Shown: piece after piece, positions 18,550-25,676 of the stretch
How positions within the stretch are numbered: the first letter of the stretch is position 1
Layout: each line of letters begins with the position of its first letter
NCBI RefSeq assembly: GCF_017876815.1
Contig: NZ_JAGIOS010000001.1
Location: forward strand, 2,640,001 to 2,672,000
Length of the DNA stretch: 32,000 nt
Reading direction: 5' to 3'
Origin: Sinorhizobium meliloti
GTDB taxonomy: Bacteria; Pseudomonadota; Alphaproteobacteria; Rhizobiales; Rhizobiaceae
The notes under the pieces: model-generated
What the model saw: the letters and a program-made list of their open reading frames with translations, nothing else
Databases searched by the model: none
Told to the model about the DNA's origin: nothing
Program-made: the position numbers and the translations under genes

Positions 18550-19547
18550 ACCACTGTCCTTTCCTCGACAATCTCCATTCCAGGCACCGCGACATTGGCT
18601 TTCGCCAAGCGCGCGCAGGCCTTATCGGCGGCGTCCTTGATTTCTTGGCTGTCCTTGATCGAGGCGAGGAAGGTTTCGAGATCGATGATCCGGCCGACGC
18701 GGCGGGTGCGCAGCGATGTCTTGGCGCCAGTCCGCCCGGCTTGCGGGCGCCTGTATTCCGCCTCGCGCTCTGCCTCTTTCGCGGCGGCCAGCTTTTCGCC
18801 GGCCTCGCGTTCGGCCTCGGGCGTCTTCGCTTTGCTCAAGGTTTCCTCGGCCTCGCGGCGCAAGCGCTCCGCTTCGGCTGCGGCGGCCCGCACGCGCTCC
18901 TTTTCAATCCGGTCTTGCTCTTGGAGCCACGCCAGCTGATGCCGTTTCAGGAGCTTTTGCAGGCCCTCGGGCTCCTCACGCAATTCGCGCCATTTGGAGT
19001 CGATCTTCCGGGCCTTGACGAGAACCGGCGCTTTTTCATCGGCGTGCAGCTTGTCGGCCCGGTTGGCGATGTCCTTGAGCCGCCGCGCCGATATGGCCGC
19101 CTTGTCGGCTTCCTCCTTGCTGGCAATCGGCTTTTTCAGGAAGGCGAGGGCCTGTTCCCTTTCGCCGAGCCATTCGATCCGCAGGGCCTCATATTCATCA
19201 GCCTCGGCGCCGCTGTTATGGCCGATGCCGGCGGCTGGCCGCTCGGGCTCGTCGGCCCATCCGTTGCCGGCCTTGGCCCGGTCAAACGCCTCCTCGCTGA
19301 TGGGCTGCTTGACCGCCCACAGGAACAAATCATCGATCTGGTCGCGATCGACGGGGCGGCCGGATCGCGTCGCGTACCAATCGCCGTCAGCGCCCCGCCA
19401 AAACTGCACCGGCTCCCAATCGCCGCCCTTGCGGCGGACGCGGAAATAGCCGGTCCACGGCTCGCCCGGATGAATGGTGAGTTTTCCGGTGCCAATCTTG
19501 CTCGGATCGGCGAGCGCGGCCTGCCATTTATCCCAATCGTTTTGCAT
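18546..19547 (-). CDS. Hypothetical phage protein, N-terminal globular domain plus long coiled coil (333 aa)
   Basis: Track ORF. ATGA overlap with the recT start. The central and C-terminal parts are rich in E/K/R/A heptad-like repeats (EAEREAGEKLAAAKEAEREAE). First gene of the leftward early operon. Confidence 0.6.
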   Translation of the reverse strand: MQNDWDKWQAALADPSKIGTGKLTIHPGEPWTGYFRVRRKGGDWEPVQFWRGADGDWYATRSGRPVDRDQIDDLFLWAVKQPISEEAFDRAKAGNGWADEPERPAAGIGHNSGAEADEYEALRIEWLGEREQALAFLKKPIASKEEADKAAISARRLKDIANRADKLHADEKAPVLVKARKIDSKWRELREEPEGLQKLLKRHQLAWLQEQDRIEKERVRAAAAEAERLRREAEETLSKAKTPEAEREAGEKLAAAKEAEREAEYRRPQAGRTGAKTSLRTRRVGRIIDLETFLASIKDSQEIKDAADKACARLAKANVAVPGMEIVEERTVV

Positions 19548-19574
19548 GAAGTCCTCCTATAGTGGAGATCCTCA

Positions 19575-19625
19575 TGAAAACAATAATTTCACACATCCAC
19601 AAGATCGGTGAAAAGCTTATTTGCA
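19575..19625. promoter_or_regulatory. Candidate left operator pair (TGAAA-N7-TTNCA x2) in the leftward early promoter region
   Basis: TGAAAacaataaTTTCA at 19575-19591 and TGAAAagcttatTTGCA at 19609-19625. A third copy, TGAAAatattgcTTACA, lies in the cI/cro intergenic region. Confidence 0.4.
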
Positions 19626-19730
19626 GAATCGGAGTAGCGTCGCTGGCTAACGTGGGTCAGTCCGATGGGGGGACTCGCCCCCGAAGCGCGTTTGCGGCCT
19701 CGGGCGGCGTCAAGATATCCGTAAGTGTGG

Positions 19731-20174
19731 TTAGCGATCGGCGCGCGCGATGGATCGGGCGGCCTGCTGCTTGGCGCGCATAATGTCGATATCCGCGCCG
19801 GTCAGCGTCATCGAGATCGGTGCACGCCTGGGGAAGTGAAGATGATAGTTGAACTCGTCGGTAGCCGGGTTAAACAGGACATGGCTCTTTTGCACATCCG
19901 CGCGTGCGGCGCGCCGGATCACCTCGGCGAATTGCCGGGCCGGGTAAGGGGCGTTTCGAACGCTGGAAATCATCGCTGCGAGGGCTTGGCTCGCCTCATG
20001 CTGGAGCCAAGCGGCGTCATCAAACGATCGGATCAACACGGCCATTCGCCGGCCGTCATCCGTTTGCATTTGGGCGATGAAATGATCGCCCACAGCAACG
20101 ACGTGAAAATCTGTCAGAGCCGGTGGAAGCCCTTCCTCTGAATCCATTGCTGACGATACCAAGAGTCTACCCAT
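19731..20174 (-). CDS. Hypothetical protein co-oriented immediately downstream of the repressor gene (147 aa)
   Basis: Track ORF 19731..20303. Its 5' part overlaps the repressor gene, so the ATG at 20174 is preferred (17 nt after the repressor stop, GAGG upstream). The ATG at 20147 is an alternative. No recognised motif and no TM segment. Confidence 0.5.
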   Translation of the reverse strand: MGRLLVSSAMDSEEGLPPALTDFHVVAVGDHFIAQMQTDDGRRMAVLIRSFDDAAWLQHEASQALAAMISSVRNAPYPARQFAEVIRRAARADVQKSHVLFNPATDEFNYHLHFPRRAPISMTLTGADIDIMRAKQQAARSIARADR

Positions 20175-20190
20175 AACCGCATGAATCCTC

Positions 20191-20709
20191 TCATTTATTT
20201 GGTTCCCGCCGCTTTGAATAATCCCCCGCTTGAACATCGGGAGGCCCCGAGTCCTCGTCGTCGTTTTGCTCCTTTCGCCCCAATGCGCGCAGCCGGTTAT
20301 CAATCATGGTCTGAAAGTGCTCATAGAGCGTTTCGTATTCTTCCGGCGGCAACAATTCCAACTTTGAATCGATGCTCGGCTTTGCGATCGGGGTGCCTTT
20401 CCCCTCGGCCAGCCATGCATGCGAAATATTAAATTCCTTGGCGATCGTTATCAGGTGATCGCGTTTCATCCCGACGCCGATTTCCCAATTTCCTACGGCG
20501 CCTCGGGTCACCCCAAGGCGTTCGGCGAAATCGGATTGTCGGTGATAACCGAGGATTTCCTTCCTGAGGTATCTGATGCGTTTGCCAAGCTCCACAAGCT
20601 CTGCATGCTTTTCAGCCTCCCTTTTTTTACCCGCCGCCAATTCGGCTCGGCTCACCAATCGCCTTTTCCCGCTCGTCACAGGTGCATTTCCCCCACCAGG
20701 TTCAACCAT
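20191..20709 (-). CDS. XRE-family HTH repressor (cI-like, no S24 peptidase domain)
   Basis: LGKRIRYLRKEILGYHRQSDFAERLGVTRGAVGNWEIGVGMKRDHLITIAKEFNISHAWLAEG is a classic HTH_3. The C-terminal 70 aa show no Ser/Lys peptidase motif. Divergent from a Cro-like gene. Confidence 0.8.
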   Translation of the reverse strand: MVEPGGGNAPVTSGKRRLVSRAELAAGKKREAEKHAELVELGKRIRYLRKEILGYHRQSDFAERLGVTRGAVGNWEIGVGMKRDHLITIAKEFNISHAWLAEGKGTPIAKPSIDSKLELLPPEEYETLYEHFQTMIDNRLRALGRKEQNDDEDSGPPDVQAGDYSKRREPNK

Positions 20710-20736
20710 GCCACACGCCAGCTTAACTTGTCACCG

Positions 20737-20789
20737 TGAAATTCTCAAAATCTCTTGATCCCGCGTGAAAATATTGCTTACATTTATAA
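20737..20789. promoter_or_regulatory. Right operator/promoter region of the genetic switch
   Basis: CGTGAAA occurs twice (20735-20741 and 20764-20770), and TGAAAatattgcTTACA lies at 20766-20782. A possible promoter is TTGATC(20755)-17 nt-TTACAT(20778), ending 6 nt before the Cro-like ATG. No SD is visible. Confidence 0.4.
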
Positions 20790-21038
20790 ATGAACGCGAG
20801 CAAACAAAACTTATCGACTGATCCTCGGGCCATTGCATGCGAGGCCGCCAAGACTCGCGCAGGCGGGGCAAAGTTCCTCGCCCAAAGGCTGGGCGTTTCC
20901 CGCCAGCTGGTCCACGCCTGGAAGATCATCCCGGCAAAGCACGTGCTGCGCGTCGAAAGGGAAACCGGCATTTCCTGTCACATTCTGCGCCCCGACGTAT
21001 TCGGCCCGGCGCCAGTAAATAAGGAGGCGGCGGAATAG
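20790..21038 (+). CDS. Cro/YdaS-like HTH DNA-binding protein
   Basis: ...GGAKFLAQRLGVSRQLVHAWKIIPAKHVLRVERETGISCHILRPDVF matches the YdaS/Cro-type pattern (GVS..V..W..IP......E..TG.....LRPD). Confidence 0.75.
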   Translation: MNASKQNLSTDPRAIACEAAKTRAGGAKFLAQRLGVSRQLVHAWKIIPAKHVLRVERETGISCHILRPDVFGPAPVNKEAAE

Positions 21039-21175
21039 CCGCCTGATGTTCCGCCGACCATGCCCCGGCCGGCGGGAAAGGCCACCGCGCCCCCACTCTC
21101 CGCCGTGGGGCTTTCCTTCCCTCCACGGCGCCCTCGCGACGCGGTGGCCGCCCCTAACCCAAGAGGAGGCCCCCA

Positions 21176-21760
21176 ATGCCCGCCACCATCGGCGATAATT
21201 CCAAGGACCTTACACCAGCCGAGCAACGTGCTCTTTACATGCACCACTTTAACCAAATCTTGGTCCAGACCGAGAAGTGCAAGGCCGAAAACGCCGTCCG
21301 GCTGAAACTTCGCAAAGAGGCCAAGGCGAACGGCATCGTCCTCGCCGACATCGATTTCGGCCTCCGCTGCGCGCAGATCGAGGACCCTTCCATCATCGTC
21401 AATGAGCAGAAGCGGCGCGCCGAGATCGGCCGCTATTTCGCGCTTCCGATCGGCGCTCAATCAGAATTCGACTTCGACCGCGAGCCGGCCGTCGATCGCG
21501 CACGGCGCGAGGGCGAAAGGGCTGGATATGAAGCCGTCAACGCCGACACCAACCCATATGACGAGAACTCGGCGCAGGGCCGGGCATGGGCGAAGGGCTG
21601 GAAAGAAGCGCAGGCGGAAATGGCCGCTAACCTACAGTCCGCCATGGAAAAGAAGCAGGCCAATCGCGCGCAGAAGGCCGCCGATCTGGCCGCCGCTGAT
21701 GATGGCGAGAACGATCCCGAGGACGACGACGAGGCCGATCTGGCCGAGGCCGCCGAATAG
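21176..21760 (+). CDS. Phage early protein: N-terminal GapR/DUF2312-like segment (weak) and Rmf/CrpP-like motif, acidic tail
   Basis: Strong RBS AGAGGAGG. RAGYEAVNADTNPYDENSAQGRAWAKGWKEAQ resembles the Rmf/CrpP signature (GY.AG....PY......R..W..GW.EA). LRKEAKANGIVLADIDFGLR loosely resembles GapR (YAEAKGNGFD.KALR). Confidence 0.6.
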   Translation: MPATIGDNSKDLTPAEQRALYMHHFNQILVQTEKCKAENAVRLKLRKEAKANGIVLADIDFGLRCAQIEDPSIIVNEQKRRAEIGRYFALPIGAQSEFDFDREPAVDRARREGERAGYEAVNADTNPYDENSAQGRAWAKGWKEAQAEMAANLQSAMEKKQANRAQKAADLAAADDGENDPEDDDEADLAEAAE

Positions 21761-21772
21761 GGGGCCGCCGCC

Positions 21773-22219
21773 ATGCAACCCGAGAAAGTAATCTGGAAAG
21801 AGGCCGACCGGGACAAGGTGGCCGAGATGCTCAAAAAGGGCTGGTCGGCCGCAAAGATCGGCCAAGAGATGGGCATTTCCCGAGGCGCGGCCATCGGCCG
21901 GATTTTCCGCAATGCCCGGTTAAGGGCGCTGATGAAGCGCCCGCCCAAAGCCGCAAGCCCGAGGAGGTGGCCGGTGAAGAAAGTCGCGCGCTCGACCATT
22001 AAAGCCAACCCGGCGCCGGTCCTCCAGTTGCCTCCTCCGCCCATGCGATTTGTGCCGCTGGCCGAATTGAAGCGCGGCGATTGCCATTGGCCGGTGAGTC
22101 CGCACGGCGCCGCCCCGGATCAGCACCTATTTTGCGGCGCCGGCACCCGCAAGGGCGAGAAATGGTGTCCTTATCACCAACTGATCGGCTATCAGCCTCG
22201 GGTGCCCCGCCATGGGTAA
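21773..22219 (+). CDS. gcrA: GcrA-family cell-cycle regulator homologue (phage-encoded)
   Basis: N-terminus W...DKVAEMLKKGWSAAKIGQEMGISRGAAIGRIFR. C-terminus GDCHWPVS...HLFCGAGTRKGEKWCPYHQLIGYQP. Both match the two conserved GcrA blocks. Confidence 0.8.
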   Translation: MQPEKVIWKEADRDKVAEMLKKGWSAAKIGQEMGISRGAAIGRIFRNARLRALMKRPPKAASPRRWPVKKVARSTIKANPAPVLQLPPPPMRFVPLAELKRGDCHWPVSPHGAAPDQHLFCGAGTRKGEKWCPYHQLIGYQPRVPRHG

Positions 22220-22766
22220 GCGATCCGACTTCCCCCGGCGCAAGGCGGACGATTACGCCACGCCCTTGAAGGGGGGCACGCCAGTGCTCCCGCATCTTCG
22301 CGCCGAGGGGATCGTGACCTTTGTCGAACCGTGCGCGGGCGCTGGAAATCTGGTCGCGCATCTATGCAGCTTTGGCTTCCTTTGCGCCTTTGCCCGCGAT
22401 CTGCGCGACGGCTTCGACGCCCTGACCTGCGATCCAAACATATTTCAGGGCGCCGACGCGATCGTGACGAACCCGCCGTGGACGCGGGCTGTGCTCCATC
22501 CGATGATCGAGCGCTTTTCCGATATCCTGCCGACATGGCTCCTGTTTGATGCCGATTGGGCGCACACCAAGCAAGCGGCGCCTTATCTCGATTATTGCTC
22601 CCACATCGTCGCTGTCGGCCGGCTCAAGTGGATACCGGGCACGAAGCATCAAGCCAAGGATTCCTGCGCGTGGCATCGCTTCGACCGCCGGCATTCTGGC
22701 GGCCCGCACTTCATCGGCCGGCCCTCAAATCAAATCGCAAATAGTTACGTGGAGGCGGCGCAATGA
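22212..22766 (+). CDS. Small SAM-dependent DNA methyltransferase-like protein (N6-adenine type motifs)
   Basis: Motif I-like VEPCAGAGNL (aa 38-47) and motif IV NPPW (aa 87-90). Overlaps gcrA by 8 nt. No adjacent restriction gene. Confidence 0.65.
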   Translation: MGKRSDFPRRKADDYATPLKGGTPVLPHLRAEGIVTFVEPCAGAGNLVAHLCSFGFLCAFARDLRDGFDALTCDPNIFQGADAIVTNPPWTRAVLHPMIERFSDILPTWLLFDADWAHTKQAAPYLDYCSHIVAVGRLKWIPGTKHQAKDSCAWHRFDRRHSGGPHFIGRPSNQIANSYVEAAQ

Positions 22767-23428
22767 CTGCGGAACTCGCCCGATACGATGCCATGTGCCG
22801 GGCCATCGATGAGGCCTACCAAATCGATGAGGTCAAAGATATTCGGGACAAGGCGCTGGCGCTTGAGGTTTATGCCCGGCAAGCGAAAAACATCGAAGCG
22901 GAACGCCGCGCGTGTGAAATCCGGCTCCGGGCCGAGCGCAAGGCCGGCGAGCTGCGGCGCCAAGAGGAAAAAAGCAGGGGCGGGCGACCTGCAAAAAACC
23001 CTCCCGACCAAGCCGGGAAGGTTTCGACCAATGCGGAGCGCCGCGCCGAACTCGGGATTTCAAAAGATCAGGACGAGCGCTGGCAAAAGCTCGCTGCGGT
23101 TCCCAAAGAGGAATTCGAGGCGGCACTCGCCGAGCCGGGCGTGCCGACCGCGAACAGCATCATCGCGAAGATTGCTGAAAAGCGATCGAAGCCCATGGAC
23201 AGCGCCGCCCTATGGCTTTGGGGCCGCATGAAGGACTTCGAACGGAACGGAATTCTGGCCGACGATCCCGACCGCGTTTGGGCGGAAATGGCGGATCACA
23301 TGCGGGCAGATATGCGCCGGCTGGTACCGCGCGTCTGTGAATGGCTCAACCAATTGGAGGCGTCAAATGCCGAACAAGGGAACATCGGAGGCCGCGAGGC
23401 TGCGCGAAATTCTGTCTGCCGTGTATGA
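22763..23428 (+). CDS. Hypothetical phage protein (221 aa)
   Basis: Track ORF with an ATGA overlap with the MTase stop. The N-terminal ARYDAMCRAIDEAYQIDEVKDIRDKALALEVYARQAKN helical region is common in phage early proteins. The 3' end overlaps the next ORF by about 60 nt. Confidence 0.6.
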   Translation: MTAELARYDAMCRAIDEAYQIDEVKDIRDKALALEVYARQAKNIEAERRACEIRLRAERKAGELRRQEEKSRGGRPAKNPPDQAGKVSTNAERRAELGISKDQDERWQKLAAVPKEEFEAALAEPGVPTANSIIAKIAEKRSKPMDSAALWLWGRMKDFERNGILADDPDRVWAEMADHMRADMRRLVPRVCEWLNQLEASNAEQGNIGGREAARNSVCRV

Positions 23429-23801
23429 ACGGCGGAAAGATGAGGCCCGCGTGAGCCCGTCGTGGCTGGCGACCGAGGCAATGACCGAGCTTGACCCGGA
23501 TCGGGAGGCGCCGCCTCTGGTCTATCTCGGTTGCCATTTGGAGCTACGCCAGATCGCGCGGGAATTCTGCCGAAAGCGCTTCGAGCCGGAAGATGATGGG
23601 GAGGCGCATGATCTTTTCCCCGCTCTACAGGCCCGCTATCCAACGGCGCGCTCATCCAAGGATGACACCGAATATGTGAAACTCGAATGTCTGAATCGCG
23701 ACGACATTGCCTTTAACGTCAACCGGCTTCGGTCTGAGGCCGCGCACAAGCTGGCACACGCCGACGCTTTGGAAGAATACGGCGAGTTGCGGGCGGCCTG
23801 A
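23367..23801 (+). CDS. Hypothetical phage protein (144 aa)
   Basis: Track ORF 23337..23801. The ATG at 23367 is preferred because GGAGG lies 6 nt upstream. Confidence 0.55.
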   Translation: MPNKGTSEAARLREILSAVYERRKDEARVSPSWLATEAMTELDPDREAPPLVYLGCHLELRQIAREFCRKRFEPEDDGEAHDLFPALQARYPTARSSKDDTEYVKLECLNRDDIAFNVNRLRSEAAHKLAHADALEEYGELRAA

Positions 23802-23803
23802 TA

Positions 23804-24388
23804 ATGCTGATCCTCGGCCTCGACCAGTCCATAACACGCACCGGGTTCGCGCTCTACGAATACCCCGGTGACGAGCGAGACATGCGCTGCGGCTCGTTTT
23901 CGTGCAAGGACGGGGCCGATCCAGAGGAAAAATGCGAACTGTTCGCCCGCCAGTTCAAACGGCTGGTCGGGCCGAAAGAGCGCCGCCCGGATTTCATCGT
24001 ATGGGAGCGCGCCCGGCGGCGCATCTCGGCTTATCCCAAGAAGCCGAACCCCAATTTGCTCGGCCTGGGCGGCGACGGTCCCGCCCTCTGGACGGTCAAT
24101 GCCGATCAGCTGCTCTTGCCAGAAATCCAAGGCATCATCCGGGGCGAGGCGATCAGCTACCGCATTCCGCATGAGTCAGTTCCGCCGGCCACATGGCGCG
24201 CGGCGATCTATGGCAAGGGCGGCGGCAAGCTGTCGCGCGCCGACGCCAAGGCGCAAGCGAGGACCTATTGCAAGGCGCTTCGGATCGCGGCCGGCAACGA
24301 GGACGAGGCCGAGGCCGCATGCATCGCCAGATGGGCCGCGACGTGCTCGCAAAAACTCCGCCTCCTATTTGCGGAGGCGGCAGCATGA
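23804..24388 (+). CDS. ruvC: RuvC-like Holliday junction resolvase (phage type)
   Basis: MLILGLDQSITRTGFALYE is the RuvC-fold first acidic motif. ...PDFIVWE... and ...NEDEAEAACIA are later acidic residues. Confidence 0.7.
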   Translation: MLILGLDQSITRTGFALYEYPGDERDMRCGSFSCKDGADPEEKCELFARQFKRLVGPKERRPDFIVWERARRRISAYPKKPNPNLLGLGGDGPALWTVNADQLLLPEIQGIIRGEAISYRIPHESVPPATWRAAIYGKGGGKLSRADAKAQARTYCKALRIAAGNEDEAEAACIARWAATCSQKLRLLFAEAAA

Positions 24389-24945
24389 CGGCGGAACGGT
24401 GGATGCGCTTCTATCCGTCCGACTGGCTCGGAGACCCCGCCTTGCGCACATGCAGCTATGCCGCGCGCGGCCTCTGGGTGGACATGCTTTGCCTCATGGA
24501 TGCCGCTAAGCCTCGCGGTCATCTCAAGCTAGGTCGCCAGAAGGTCGATGCACAGACGCTCGCCACGCTGACAAACGGCACGCCGAGGCTGGTCGAAAAG
24601 CTGCTGGCCGAACTGCAAAAAGCGGGCGTTTTTAGCGTCAATTCGAGGGGCACGATCTACTCCCGGAAAATGGTACGTGAAGAAAAGTGGAGCAAAAAGG
24701 GAAAAAAGATGTCGGCGGCTCGGTGGTCGAAAACTGCTGAAAATAAAGCGGAATTCGGCACAAGCAATGCTCGCAGCATGACTCCAGAATCCAGAGTCCA
24801 TAATAAGCAAGAATCTTGTAGCTCTAGACTCGGAGCCGCGCGCGCGAAGCGCCACCATCAGCCCGACCACGATCCCCCCGATTTCAGCAACGATCCAGTG
24901 AACCCAAGCGAGGCGCTTTTGCGCACTCGCATCGTCAAGCATTGA
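24385..24945 (+). CDS. DUF1376 (YdaU-like) phage replication-associated protein
   Basis: MTAERWMRFYPSDWLGDPALRTCSYAARGLWVDMLCLMDAAKPRG is the DUF1376 signature. ATGA overlap with the RuvC stop. The C-terminal about 80 aa are low complexity and lower GC. Confidence 0.75.
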   Translation: MTAERWMRFYPSDWLGDPALRTCSYAARGLWVDMLCLMDAAKPRGHLKLGRQKVDAQTLATLTNGTPRLVEKLLAELQKAGVFSVNSRGTIYSRKMVREEKWSKKGKKMSAARWSKTAENKAEFGTSNARSMTPESRVHNKQESCSSRLGAARAKRHHQPDHDPPDFSNDPVNPSEALLRTRIVKH

Positions 24946-25148
24946 ACCGAACGGAGGAAGCTATGGAGCTAAGTGAGTCGCGGCAGCGTTCAGGTTGCTG
25001 TCAACGGGGATTGCTAGAAGGTTTGTTATCCGGACAGCAGACGGGAGCGATTGAAGTGGCAAACGTCATGAAATTCCGATGTGCCCAATCACGGCGTCGC
25101 AAGCGACGCAGACCATACGCAAACACGTCACGAAACAGGGAACCTCCA

Positions 25149-25448
25149 ATGAAAAGATCATCAGACAAGACCGTCGCCGCAGGTCTTACTGCATGGCCGA
25201 AATTCCGGTCTCGCTGGCTGAGTACAATACTTGCTGGCACCACGCTGGTCCTGGCCACGACTGCTCTTGCTCCGACCGCAAGCGCCGGCGTCGTCTACGG
25301 TTTCACGGCAGTCGTGTGCGCGCCTGAGGACAAAGCCTGTGAGAAATACCAGAAGTTCGTGGAAGAGTGCAGACAGGCAGGTGGTACTTCGAAGGGTACG
25401 TGCGTAATTCAGGAGTTAGGCGGCGCAGGTGGGCGGCGTTTAGATTGA
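25149..25448 (+). CDS. Small exported Cys-rich protein (99 aa precursor)
   Basis: Internal ATG of track ORF 24942..25448. MKRSSDKTVAAGLTAWPKFRSRWLSTILAGTTLVLATTALAPTASA looks like a signal peptide. The mature about 50 aa contain 4 Cys. Confidence 0.45.
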   Translation: MKRSSDKTVAAGLTAWPKFRSRWLSTILAGTTLVLATTALAPTASAGVVYGFTAVVCAPEDKACEKYQKFVEECRQAGGTSKGTCVIQELGGAGGRRLD

Positions 25449-25450
25449 CC

Positions 25451-25478
25451 GGGCCATGCGCTTCAATGCGCATGGCCC
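25451..25478 (+). terminator. Stem-loop after the small exported-protein gene
   Basis: GGGCCATGCGC ttcaat GCGCATGGCCC. An 11-bp perfect stem starting 3 nt after the stop, with no U-tract. Confidence 0.4.
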
Positions 25479-25676
25479 CGAAGGGCTGATCAATGGCAAG
25501 GCTCCCGGTCTGCCATCACGTTTGAACGATCACAAGCACGGAACTGGCTCTCAAACCGCGTCGCGAAATCTACCAGGACATCGTCGCTCATTGCTGCGAC
25601 GCCCGCCGCAAGCTCCAAAGTCAGCCTAGGCGCATCATGTCCATCGGGCAGAGAATGGGCAAATAGGTCTTGATCA

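Larger units (their letters stand above)
13573..24945. mobile_element. Integrated lambdoid prophage-like element carrying only lysogeny/early genes (defective prophage or satellite-like island)
   Basis: Gene order: int, TA, xis, recT block, cI-like/Cro-like divergent switch, GcrA-like, MTase-like, RuvC, DUF1376. No structural, packaging or lysis genes. The left boundary is inferred from the repeats. The right boundary is inferred from the end of phage-like genes and a drop in GC. Confidence 0.75.

Noticed and set aside
18432-19562. 376-aa plus-strand ORF opposite the coiled-coil gene
   Set aside because: It is an antisense shadow of a coiled-coil coding region (Leu/Gly/Ala/Pro-rich) and does not fit the operon layout.
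19731-20174. Possible ImmA-type metalloprotease partner of the repressor
   Set aside because: The only HE-containing stretch is HEASQ, not HExxH, so the ImmA/IrrE assignment is not supported. The gene is kept as unknown.
25028-25043. AAGGTTTGTTATCCGG as a possible attR-side copy of the AAGGTTTCCAAATTCCGG arm repeat
   Set aside because: The match is only partial and requires gaps, it is a single copy, and no matching core palindrome is nearby. This is compatible with chance.
25493-25676. Minus-strand frame reading ...LTLELAAGVAAMSDDVLVDFATRFESQFRACDRSNVMADREPCH*
   Set aside because: It looks protein-like but has no credible start or RBS and is under 60 aa. It may be a gene fragment and is not called.
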